Origin: Botryllus schlosseri
Lineage: Eukaryota
NCBI GenBank assembly: GCA_051294905.1
Contig: CM119371.1
Location: 29,328,001-29,392,000 of the forward strand
DNA: 64,000 nt
Reading direction: 5' to 3'
Shown: positions 51,997 through 64,000 of the stretch, in pieces
Layout of the letters: each line of letters starts with the position of its first letter
How positions within the stretch are numbered: the first letter of the stretch is position 1
Made by a program: the position numbers and the translations under genes
The notes under the pieces: model-generated
Told to the model about the DNA's origin: nothing
Databases searched by the model: none
Seen by the model: only the letters and a program-made list of their open reading frames with translations

Positions 51997-53883
51997 AACG
52001 GATCGGTCTTATCGGTGGCCATTTTGTGAACTTGGCTAATTGGGATTTTTGGTAATTCTATTAATAAGCTTGTTGTATTGTGAGGTGTACTCGTGCTAAA
52101 CAGCAGTGTTTTCCATGACACAATTTGGTTCGCATCACTGACTCTGGTTTTGGTTACGGTTGGGGGTCATGAATATGTAGTTTTGAATTGTCGAGAGAGA
52201 TTTCAGATGTATGAGGTAAAGGAAATCTGTTCAAGGAAGAGCAAAGATGTGACCCTTATATGCCTTAAGCCCAACTTTAGATATTATAAGCCCACAAACG
52301 AGGTTCGCACTAGCTAGCTACGGGCAAGTTTCATTATAATATAATGTAGCAACAACGTACTCAGGGGTTCAACCCCTCTTATTTTCTACTATTGCCTCTA
52401 TCTCTAATGTTTCTTGGCTCATTTGCAATTCGTAGCATGCCGGTACATTTCAACCAAAATATGATGGTTTTTGCCCCAGTCAGAGTCAGTGATGCTCATT
52501 AACCATGTGTCATAGGATGAACTGTAAAATATTGCAATTGTTGTGGATGGCGAGCACTTCTTAATGTAAGAACCACCCAATTTACTGTATCCATAAATGG
52601 TTCAGACATTTCTGTGCTTGTCTGTAGGCTATGATTATGCTGTGTTGACCTATATTTCCTTGCAGTGGAAACAAATCAGTTGAATTAGATCACACCAATT
52701 TATCTCAATATATTTTTTAAAATGTATACGACGGTATATTGGCAGAGTGTTGTTGATTTGACCTTTCTTGCCGATTTCCGTCGGCCATTTCTCGATATGA
52801 TTTGACAGTAACCCGACCTTGACATCTTATCTGAAAAGTCCACATTTTGACTACAAGCAGGCCGCTGTGTCATGCATCCAATCATTATATTGCAGCTTAC
52901 CGTATCTAAATCGTGAATAATATTGCAATGTTTATCAGTGTTTGAACGGTGTGTTTGGGTGTTTTGTACACTTAATTCGGAAGCTGTTTGTTTTGTGATC
53001 ATCTTGTGAAATGATATTCGTTAATGGGTTTTACACAACACTATCCTTCGTATTTCTGTCGTTTACCTGTATTATATGATACTGTACGTGGTATTGTCAC
53101 ACTGTAGATTCGTATTTTAAATTCTCTCCACCATCTTACACACTTTCGCTAATACGTTTAATATAGAAATAACAGGGGTTGATATGCAATAAGGAATCAT
53201 GAAAATATACTCCACTGATCATGGATGTTGGCTGTAATAGTGTAATATATCATCAGAATTGTTTTGTGATTGCTGTCTATTATTTGCATTCGAATTTATG
53301 TGTCGTATAGAACTGTGTTGTATGTTTGAATGTTGTGTACTTTGGAGCATGCAAGAGGAGAATTCCAGTGACTTGTTTGAAAATATTGTATCAGTAGGAC
53401 TTGGAGTTTTTACCATTGTTGTCATTACTTTTTTTCAGTCCATTGAGTGTAATTTCTGTCATTTTCTGAAGTTGGTCAATTGGTACCACGTACCAGTATG
53501 GCTTGTGCTAATGTGCTATGGATGATCTTAATGAAAAAAATCTCGTGTGATTCTCTGGAGAAAGTAGGCTTATGTGTGATTTTATAATGTATGTGCATTG
53601 GCATTGTGCATGATTGAGGGCTGCGGCTTTATTCTCACCTATGCATAAATGATGGTGCTCATAAAAGCTTGATTCGCCAACCTCGTCAAAGCAATTGCAG
53701 ATCATAGATGTAGGCTAAATATGGCCATAATTGATAACTGTATTGTATAATGTATCTTATGTGTGGATCTGGTGTGTAGTAGCATTTTGTTACGTCAGAT
53801 CAAGTACGGTACCGTATGTGTATTGTGTAATTGAATTACATTTTGATTCCTTGCAGACTCGCCATTAATCTATTTTGATAATT

Positions 53884-56800
53884 ATGGCTGACAGCAGGCG
53901 GAAAGATCCACAGAATACGGATCAAGATAAAATTGCAGCTCACAAAGATTTTTTAGGTATGATATGAAGATTTTTTTCTTTTTTTGTTTTCTGCAACTGA
54001 TGTAATGCGATACGATATAGCAGTGTTATCAAGGCTATAGTTATGTCATAGCTGACCTGACAAAATGATGACAAGAAGGATGTTTTAAATCTCTTACCTC
54101 GCGTGTAGTCGATTAGTCTTGATATCAGTCAATTTTCATTTGAATACACGGGCGTGATTATTTTTGAAAAATGTATAATAAAGATGCCTCTGACTGTGAC
54201 GAGGGATTTGTGATTTCTTCTCAGATATTATTTATGTAGGCCGACCAATAGCTCGAGTCTAGTATTGAGTGAGAATCTATTATTAGAGTAGCGAAGGTAT
54301 ACTGCTTCACACAAAGAGTAATATTTTATGAGCAAAATATTGTTTGAATACCTTGTTTCCACCGTTAGAGCATTGAAGCCTCTGTTGGTGATAACTTTCC
54401 GTCGAATAATATGTGTTGCACAAGGCTGTTAATGTCATGGTAAGATATTTCTGTCTTGTAACCATCATTGATTAACCCTCACTGGTCAGTGCGGCGAAAT
54501 AGTATTGGTTTAGAAATATGAGATTATTTTGGATTAATTGTAACTGATGTCATTTTACTAGTTGCTGTAAAATTGCAACATATGTGAACTTTACTAGGTA
54601 CGGTATTACTACTGTTATGGCGTCACGCCAGCTGGTGCTTGAGCATCTGACTCGAGGCCTAATGGTTTACTCGGAATCCAATTATTTAGTTACTCAATTT
54701 GCCCCATCCTTATGTAGGCTATATTAATGATGTCTTTGATTTTGAGTAAATCTTGTGGACTCATGTCTGAAAATGACCTTATGCCTTTCAGAGAAATTTA
54801 ATGTTCGCCAGCACACCCGCTCTGCGCTTTTGAAACTCGTGGAAAATCGGCCCGAAAGTCCTCTCCTATTTCTGGCCGAATATTTCGATTCGATATCGTC
54901 CGAGAGCAAGACCGACAAGGTAAGCGTGCCTCCGTGCAATCATTCTTGGCCTGTTGTTAGTAGAAGGCAGGGTTGTAATGACTCGAGTCATGATTTTCTG
55001 ATGACTCGACTTGACTTAGTCATTTTCTCAAAATACGGAAATGACTCGATGACTCGAGTCAATTTGTGTACTGACTCGACTTGGACTTGGACTTGGAACC
55101 AAGTCATATGACTTGAGACTCAGACGGCCAAGACGTCTTTCATTGTAATTTTGAAGAATAGTAAAGTAACCACACAATTGGGGTTTCGTTTATTGGTACT
55201 GGTACTTGAAAATGCGACCGTAAACTGGTAAAAGTGAGGAAAATTAGTATATTATAAATGCCAACCATTCGCTAGGCTATAATTAAAAAGAGTTATAAAA
55301 AGTGGGTTTAACAAGACTTTAACTGGAAACTGAGCAGTCAACACAATGACTTGAACTCGAGTAATACTACCATGACTCGGACTCGACCCTCTGATAGCTG
55401 ACTTCGACTCGGACTTGACTCGGTGGTGAATTGAAATGACTCGACTTGACTCGAGTCAAAACTATAAAAGTGAGATTGACTTGTGACTCGGAGCCTTGTG
55501 ACTTGGTTACAACCCTGGTTTGAACTTTTCAGAACATTACTATAGTTATTGCTATTGCTAACAGTTGTTACTCAATAGGCCTACTTGACTTGGGACTCGA
55601 ATGACCCAGGTGCTTGATTTTGCACAGCCCCCTCCTTGCAATAAATAGTCATGGAAATATCTTCATCGGTTTGCCCATTTCATGGATTTTTGGGAATGAT
55701 CAATAAAATGACCTAGCGTTGAGCAAGCCTTCAACTTTGAATCATCATTTCAGGTTGCCAATGCTACGAGAATATTATCGCTGTCTCACCACACAAGTCC
55801 TGCGTTCAATTCCAACGTCGTGCAAGCCTACAACACTCTCAGCGCGCCAAGGAGTGAGTTCGATATTGCTTGTGTGCAGACATAGTGTTTGAGAAAAGTG
55901 GTATAATACTATAATATTGTGTGATACAGTGAGATATTCACTGCTCTTGAGATAGTACTGTAAAGATACAGTCTGGTCTTATAGAACACACAATATCCTA
56001 CTCCAATCTAAATCCCACAGCTCTCGGAATTACTGATATGGGATGTTGGATTCTACATGGCTTTGGCTGATAAATCCAGTAGATTCAACAGAATTTGGAG
56101 AAAAATGGCAGTCTTCCATTTGGAAATGCCTAGCTAACGCAGTGAAGGTTTGATCCCTATCAAACTCTGATATAAAGTAAGAATTGAATGCAACTTCACG
56201 CTAATTGATAAACTTAGCACTATTTGACTATTATTGTATCAATATGTTTTGCCAAAATGCAGCAAAAATTACGGCGGCAGACCAGCAATATTGAATTTTT
56301 TTAACGCTTGAATCTAAATCTACGGTATATATTTTCTGCAGAGCTTCCATTAGCAGATCTTAGCAATTTGCTTACTTCATTCTTTTTAAAATGAGGATGC
56401 AGCCTAAAGTTTGCCTATTGTAACAATGTAACATGATTGTGTTGGTTATATACACATTACACATGGTTCGTTTGGTTCTTTTATGCTGATTGATGAAAGC
56501 TGAGCTGGCAATGTCAGCATAGTAACTCAATTGGATCCAAATCATCATTTAGATGGTTGACCTTGTTATAAGGATTTTAATGAAGTAGCCGACCTGAATC
56601 TGTTGTTAATTTTGTCACACCCTGTAATAGGCCACATCTCATCAATAGTATCAGCAAAACCATACATGGAGTATCAATTGTAATGATTCCATTGTATTAG
56701 TGAGAGACAATTTCGTCCAGTACCGAAATTATAAGCCCAAGCCTGCCACTAAGATATTTACCCTTGAAAATTATGGTTTTTATACCTCTATCCCCGCCTT

Positions 56801-59129
56801 AGGAGTCTTGTAAACTCAATTGGTCACATCTTGGGCACGAAAAAGTCATATGAACTATGCAAGTTCGTGGGAACAACATTGTTTGTGAATTTTTATCGAT
56901 GTGCATCATTGTCTTGAGCGTTATGAAATCGGTATATTTTAGAAAAACAAAATAATGTCCGATGTGATGTAGCTGGCAATGTATTAATCTCCTTGTGATT
57001 GAATACAAGATAGGAGTCTACTTAGTAGAATTTTCCATGTTACTCGTCATGGTGTGTCTTGTCGTACTATGTGATACTCCTATTCCAAACTCTAAGCTTA
57101 TTACTCTATTCGATGTCGAATCACTCAGTTACCTGGTTTTGCTTACCAATCAATTCAGTTCCACTGTAAGAATAAATCTGTCCGATATCCTCAGGTCCAG
57201 TTTTTCCAAATCCTAATTCGTTTTCCGCACCCTAATTCGTCTTCGAATATGGCAACAGATCCCAGCTCGAAAAAACTGGCCAGCAAAAGAGTCGGCATGA
57301 TAGGCTCCGTGCACGAGGAATTCCTACGCGCCATATGCGGCAACATCCCGGAAGACTTGAGCACCAAGCTCATAGACAAAGTCAGCTGCAAGTGGAACGA
57401 AATGGTGCCGTTCGAGGCGTTCAAGTACAGCGTGACGGTCGCTTACGTTTTGCAAGGTATGGAACATTTTATTTTCTACGCCAGTGGTTACCAACCTCTT
57501 TAGCTTGGGGTCGGTTGCATTTAAAAACACATTTTCAGAGATAGTAGAAATAAAGTACTTTGTTATATGCTAGTCTCTACTGTACTGTCAAATGTTGCGG
57601 AATTGTGCTGTTGAAATTCCCAAATTTGATGATTCATTTCACAAACTAATGGACAATCCCCTAACTGGGAGGAAAGTTGATTTGTATTGACGTACCGCCA
57701 GATGCGAATCGCTGTTCAGTAGTTTTTTTTTAAACCAAATTTTAGTGTCTGCTTGGATAAAATGGTTAGGTTGCCTAAAAAAGCACTGCACACCAATTTT
57801 GGCTCATTTTCAACCTATAGAAGCATTGCTATTTAAAATAGTTTTGGATACATTTTATATACAAAATTTTTCAAAAATTCTACTGGCTACACTATGAAAT
57901 TGTGAGGTTGTCTAAAAAACCGATGCACGACAAATTTAGATCAATTCCAGCCAGTAGAAGAGATATTAGTGGAGTACGAAATTTTTAATTTGAATATAAA
58001 AATAGTAGGCCTAGAGCACTAGGCCTATTTACGGTGGCAAATTCTTTAATTTATTTATAATAAATCTACCCTGCCGTAAATATGATTGAAGATCCTAAAT
58101 TTTGAACACCAATAAGTTCGCTTCTACGGGTTGGAATGGAGCCTAATTATTTTGGAATCGTTTTTCCAGATAACCTAACAATTCTACCAAGAAGCCTGTA
58201 AAATTTGAAAAAAGAAGTTATTTTTGAACAGCCCTACGCGAAGTAACAGCTCGGTCTTTGCTGTAACGCTTTTTTTTGTCTGCAGACTTCTTGGTGTTGA
58301 CGGAAGACCTGTTCAAAACGCTTAGTGGAAAAAATGAAGTGGCAGACAGGTGAGCTTTGGCCTATATAATTTCCAATAAGACGCAGCATAGCTTTGCGCT
58401 ATATGCTTCATATGCTGCGATACAGCCGATCGAGGTTTGAAGTCTTCCATAGCAGAAAACAGCATCGAAACTATAATACTTGATGACAAATTCATTGTGG
58501 CGAATTATGGTTTTGAATTTGATACATTCTTTCCGTCGTTGGGACCTTGAACACTCTGGCCTTATTATATTCAAATTGCCGATGTCTTCCATCTAACATT
58601 TAAGGGTTATTCATATTGAATATTTGTGTAGGTACATATGCGAGGCCACGATGGAAAATTTCAAATACTCGTTAGCATGTCACGAAACTCCTGGCTCGCT
58701 GTCCGTGATGGAAGCGGGTCGACGGTTACGGCCTGACGCGTTGGCCAATGCTATCTTACAGGTGGGGATTGTTTTTGTGATATATTTTCATATCCAGTCC
58801 ACCACAGTATAGGTGTAACTTGTTCAAATAACAGTTTTTGGGGCAAGAATAATTACTTTTGACACTGGAAATGATGTTTGCGTCACTTGAAATGAGTGAA
58901 ATTGTCATAATAACCGCATGAAATATCCCCTGTATCATGACAAATCTGCAATCATCTTATACGCTTGTATGCAATCAGCTTATTCCTGTGCATCGTTTCT
59001 TGATTAAAGTTCAATTTCATTTTTCAGGCCAAGGAAGACGAGGGAGACGCCAAGAATTACATGGAAATCCACGAGTTCATCAAAGCGATGGCTCTTTTGT
59101 ATTTGGAAAATGTGCAGACTCTGAGATAA
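53884..59129 (+). CDS. TPGS1: Tubulin polyglutamylase complex subunit 1, 7 exons
   Basis: Phase-consistent exons 53884-53956, 54792-54919, 55754-55853, 57259-57456, 58286-58349, 58632-58761, 59028-59129. Motifs ALLKLVENRPESPLLFLAEYF, SHHTSPAFNSNVVQAY, EMVPFEAFKYSV, MEAGRRLRPDAL. Confidence 0.9.
54968..55517. mobile_element. GACTCGAGTC-family MITE in TPGS1 intron 2
   Basis: CAGGGTTGTAATGACTCGAGTC / GGTTACAACCCTG. Confidence 0.85.
57710..58236. mobile_element. TAGGG foldback family copy in TPGS1 intron 4
   Basis: Right end TTTTTGAACAGCCCTA; inverted modular arms like those at 9696-10358. Confidence 0.75.
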
Positions 59130-59530
59130 TAGGTTTTTCTTTTCGATTAAGCCACGGATGTATTTGAAATCCTGATGCTGTCAAGTTGTTAGTTGTGAAA
59201 TATCGGTGGAAATGAGCGCTGGCGTAGCCAAAGGATGCTTTCCCTCCTAAATTTTCATTCTTGCTACCTACCCCTATGGAGTTGGGCACTTGGAGACGCG
59301 GACAGCAGATCTTGACAAAGCTAAACCAATTTCGAATCTTTGTGCGGCCGTGAAATTTAAAAATACCATTATTTTATTATATGCTTTGCAAGTTTTTAGC
59401 AGTGGTGTTCTGGTTTGTTTGCGTAGCATTATAGCACAAAATGTCATCCTGCTTAACATATTGTCTATGCGTTTACAATATATGATGTTGTGACTCATCA
59501 CGGTACCTATCAACATATCTAGTTCTAGAA

Positions 59531-60343
59531 CAGTGGTTCTCAAAGTATGGGTCGCGACCCAAACATGGGTCGCGGAGGGTCAGAAAATGGGTCGCGACAT
59601 AGTGATTCAAATCTGTCAAAATTCAATTTTCTTAGTGGATTATTGCTTCATCATACGCATTTCATTTAGCTTCTTAGTGGATTATTGCATCATAAGTGGT
59701 TTTCTAAGAGTTTCAATGGCAGCGCAGCTACACTAGGCGTAACTACTTAGCCCAGTAGCTGCTAAAAAGACTAAGTTAAGGAATGGAATGCATTTTGATC
59801 GCGAATCTAAGCCTGCGCCAGGCCACTGTTATTCACATGATGCAATCGCACAAGCTCGAGCAGTAATTAGTCTTTACCATCTCCACACACCAAAAATACT
59901 ACACCATCTTGGCAGACAGTAAAAATCATATTGATTTAAAACAAAATTAATCCTGATTGTTTGTATCAAACGGCAACAGACTATAATTCATTTGCGTATC
60001 TTCACTGCGTTGCGTCATGATTCGAGCGCGCTTTGTATCAAGGCTCGCAATCGCCTCGATCCTGGAGACGATTTGCGCATTGCGCTCAGTAAGATAGAGC
60101 CGTGCATTGAAAATATTATGAAAGAGAACTTTCAGTTTCATCAATCACACTGAATGAATGATCTGTCTCTAATAAATTGTTCTCTCATAGTACTGTGTAC
60201 TATAACTGGTTGTCTGTGTCTTATCTGAAAAATTAGCAGAGTGGTAACATAAAAAATACATTTGTTTATGTTTGAGATTTGGGTCGTGAGGTGATCATGA
60301 AACTCAGATTTGGGTCGCGCTCAAAAAAGTTTAAGAACCACTG
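59531..60343. mobile_element. hAT Charlie-like non-autonomous element, 813 bp
   Basis: TIR CAGTGGTTCTCAAA / TTTAAGAACCACTG; perfect TSD TTCTAGAA; GGGTCGCG subterminal motifs. Confidence 0.93.
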
Positions 60344-60844
60344 TTCTAGAACTTTGTGCTTTTGTTGAAAACTGGTACCTTGTTGTAGCATACAGTTTAT
60401 TTTTGTAATTTTCAGAACTGTCTGCATCTTTATTTTAGTAATACCGTTACCTCTCTTATGCGCTACTGTGTGTTCCAGACACTCCACTGTAATTTTTACT
60501 GATAGTTATTGTGCTTGTGCGTTCCTGTTTTGCAATCTGATTAATGGAGATGATCCTACATTAGCGACTTTGTTTAAACTGTTTTTGATTTGCATTTCGA
60601 TTCTTTCCAATACTACTGGGACCAAGAGACATAACGACTGTAAGATTTTGTTATGCTTTGGCCGGAGTCGAATATTTAACAAATTTCAAGATTCTACTTG
60701 ATTGTTGTATTATTTTTGGACGTTTTACCATCACCGATGGTTTTTATTAGTGACCGTGCTTTGGTGCGTGATTTTATGTGAGCTTATGAGGTAAAATATT
60801 TTTCCAGGTGGCAGTATTGTAATGTGATATCTTAGGGGGTTAAA

Positions 60845-63650
60845 ATGATTGTGAAATGGCGGCTGATGTCTTTCTACTTCATGAGCATCGTCGGAATACT
60901 GATCTACCTCAAGGTAAGTCTTTAATTAAACGGTATTTGAATACATAGGCTTACATGATTTTAAATCCACTTGTTATTAAAGCCCAACTGCTATATATTC
61001 GGGCTTATATCTTTCTAAGTAGAAATATTGGTATCCGCTAACCTCAGTCAATGGTTATTGACCTGTCCGATAATGTAATCTCTCCTGCTGTGTTCCAATT
61101 AAGATGGTTTTCAGTACTGTTGAACTGATTGACGAGGACCATCGGAGATCGGGTTAAAATGCTTTAAACTTGTGTATCCTGCACCAAAATATATGCCTGT
61201 TAGATTGGAAGTACTAGTTTTTTGCTCAACTACGGTTTGATGGAAAATAACGGGTTTTGCTTGACAAATCACTACTAATAATTATAAATTTTGTTTGAAA
61301 TATGTTGTTTTGATATCTGCCGAGAATATTGGCTGCATCGGCGAAATATGTTGTATCAATGATACCTTCATTGACTCAAAATTATAATATCTACCCTAGT
61401 TGTAGGCTAACCTTGTTGCGATGTCGCCATGACATTGTTCTTATGAATTAGTGTTTGTTTTTAGGGATTTTTCCCGGTCAAGATATCTCGTGTAGGTTCA
61501 AGCTCGCTGAGAGACATTCCGCCAGTTCCGTCTGACAAGGACACCATCGCGTTGAGCCGTGTGGATTTCTCGCAAGGAATTTACGACCAGGAGGGACCTT
61601 TGCAACCAGGTAGGCCTGCAGTGGGCGTTGGGCGAGTCTTGCTAAGTAAGAATTTATCAGAGGTGGTCAGTGACTAAGTATTCCTACTTTTTGGAGTACC
61701 TCAGCAGGTTTAGGTGTTTTTTTTTGACTTGGGTGCCCACGCTGGTTACAAACGTCAAAATTTAGCTGGAATTGGATTCTGTTGTTTTGTACTAACTGTT
61801 ATTAAGTCTGCAACCTGGATCTGAACTATATAGCGGGACATGAAAATCCTGTATGAATTTTGCTATTTTAGCTTAGCTTTGAGACAAATACTGTCGAAAT
61901 ACAATCATTTTAACGAGCGGAAGTTATTACGGACGCTTTTCATTTCAGACAAAGCATTATCGCCGCTTCAAACGCCCCTTTACTCCAAATTGGTGATGGT
62001 GGTGGTCAATGCGCTACGTGACGATTTTGTGTTCGGGTCACTCCATCTCTTGGACACACCGTTTATACGCAAGTCACTGTTGAACGGTAACGGCATCGGA
62101 TTTTTCTCAAGAGCTATGTCGCCAGCTGTTACATTACCTAGAATCAAGGTAGATAACTTTCAATGATATAATGTCATAGCTCTGGTGTATAATAACTTTA
62201 TTTTCAAGTAGACCTAACCTAATTGATGGGGTGTTGGTTCACAGTGACAATCATTTTGCGCTTTTGACATTGCATCCACTGCATCAGTGCTCAATTTTAC
62301 TTGAAAAATTAGTAATTTGCCTTTAATTTTTATTTCGGTACATGAAGAAAAAGTTCCACGGAAACATGTCGCTTCTGTAGCATTTAATCCCAAAACTAGC
62401 TTTCTAGCGTAAACGGTTGTCAAGATATGGCAAAATTAGTCAAAATTATGGCAAAATTACCAGTTCCGTGTGATTGCATGGCCACTAGATGGAGCCAGAA
62501 CCTTAAAACATTACAGAAGTATTTTATTTGATATTCAGGACCGTGAATATCAAAAATATTTTCTGAAGTTCAAATTTTTCTATATGTCATTCTGTTGCGT
62601 GTAGCAAACAAAATCACGTCATAATACTGTGGAAAAGTAGCATTACTTCCTTACTCCCCGTTTCGAACTACTAGTGCTGTTTTTTATGTTTTAGAGTCTG
62701 GTTACCGGCAGTGTCACCAGCTATGCGGACGTCATCCTCAGCTTAGACCGGGCCAAGCCACTGAGGGAGGACAACCTCGTGAGCGGCGCGTTCGCCCGGG
62801 GCAAATCGATCGTCTTCTACGGTGACGAGATGTGGACCGACATGTTTCCGGGGAAGTTCAAACGACAGATCCCGGTGTCGTCGTTTTTCCTGCGCGATTT
62901 CATACGGGCGAGTAGACTTTGTGTTTGTGTTGGTGGGTTCGAGGCCAGTGTTGTTCAGGGTGACTCTCCTGTGGTTACTGTTTAAAGTCACTGGGATTCG
63001 CTGTAAGTTATTGAGCCTAGGTCTTAATGTGTTAAGCTACGAGTGTGTGATTTATACGGGGGCTGGGAAAAATCAGGCAACTGATTATCGGGTAACGAAT
63101 GTAATATTGGGCTTCTAATCGAGTCAAGTACTCAGGTATCAATAATTATGACTTCACAACCGTATGAATGATATGTGAAGTTCAAATATCTGCCTTTTAT
63201 GTGACCCCAAAGATTATAATGCCATCTCTACATCACATGAGGAATATTTAAGTAGTATTTATGGGTCATACGTATTTCCATGCACTTCGTGACAATGGTC
63301 TGGAATGATCATGACTTCGCAGATAGGTCATTACCACAAACCACCAGTAGCTTTTTACTACATGCAACAAATCATACAACCGATCGAGTTTTCAAGGCTT
63401 CCTCTATTGATAATACTATCAGAACTAGAGTTATCGTAGATAAATTAACCCTTTGTGACCAGCATCGCATAATCTTAGTACTCGAAATGTACTCGGAGAT
63501 GTGTAAGAATCCGCTTATTCACATTGTATGTATACCGATAGGTGGATGACATTGTGGAAGACGGGATTCGCAAGGAACTGAGCCATCCCGAACACTTTGA
63601 CATCATGATCGCAAACCTGCTGGGCCTGGGACACATCGGGCATGTCGTAG
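60845..63650 (+). CDS. PIGG: GPI ethanolamine phosphate transferase 2-like (PIGG-like), first 5 exons; gene continues past the window
   Basis: Exons 60845-60913, 61465-61609, 61949-62148, 62695-62907 (GC donor), 63542-63650. N-terminal TM followed by KGFFPVK; motifs ALRDDFVFG, VTLPRIKSLVTGS, IVFYGDEMW, SFFLRDF, GHIGH. Active-site residues are altered (see findings). Confidence 0.88.
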
Positions 63651-64000
63651 GTACGGTAATTGCCAAGTTACTGTTATGGTTTCGTTGTTTTAATATAAAC
63701 TGCTTATGATGTGTTAGCAAGACCAGAGGTGGTCAAAGTAGTAAGCTGTACTGAATTACGAGTAGCAGTGGCCATTTCCATCTCCATTTACATGTTAAAA
63801 CTGCTTTAAGCGGAAGTAGTATATGAATGGTCTGGAATGTACTCAAGTAGGTAGTTTTATAAAGTTGATTTTGCCGAGGGGCCGCTTACTTTTAGCACTT
63901 CTTTAGAGGTGGCTACTATTGAAGTGGTAAGATGTGTCTTTGCTAATGCAAAATGACTAAATACGTTACAAATAAGGGGCAATCTTTGAAAATATATTCA

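Overview
Eukaryotic genomic DNA, AT-rich, with short GT-AG introns; probably an invertebrate chordate such as an ascidian (inferred, not proven). It contains: one minus-strand exon of an alpha9/alpha10-like nicotinic receptor subunit; two tandem tRNA-Leu(AAG) genes; a 15-exon gp130-type class I cytokine receptor on + (about 867 aa, reconstructed by hand); a ~19 kb transposon-dense interval (27.9-47.2 kb) with nested non-autonomous elements, many with intact 8-bp TSDs, plus a LINE tail and Harbinger remnants; intronless ACTR8 (-) divergent from intronless GNPDA (+); 7-exon TPGS1 (+); and the first five exons of a PIGG-like gene (+). Most notable: (1) the PIGG-like protein lacks two conserved metal-ligand aspartates, so it may be a pseudoenzyme; (2) the receptor has a degenerate WSxWS, no YxxQ, a terminal ITSM-like TEYATF and two GAS-like sites upstream; (3) GNPDA-TPGS1-PIGG may be a trans-spliced operon; (4) hAT elements nest three to four deep and form a large inverted repeat; (5) a Merlin-like element carries a telomere-like G-rich minisatellite; (6) TAGGCCTA is strongly over-represented. 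All protein comparisons are to remembered sequences; no searches were run.
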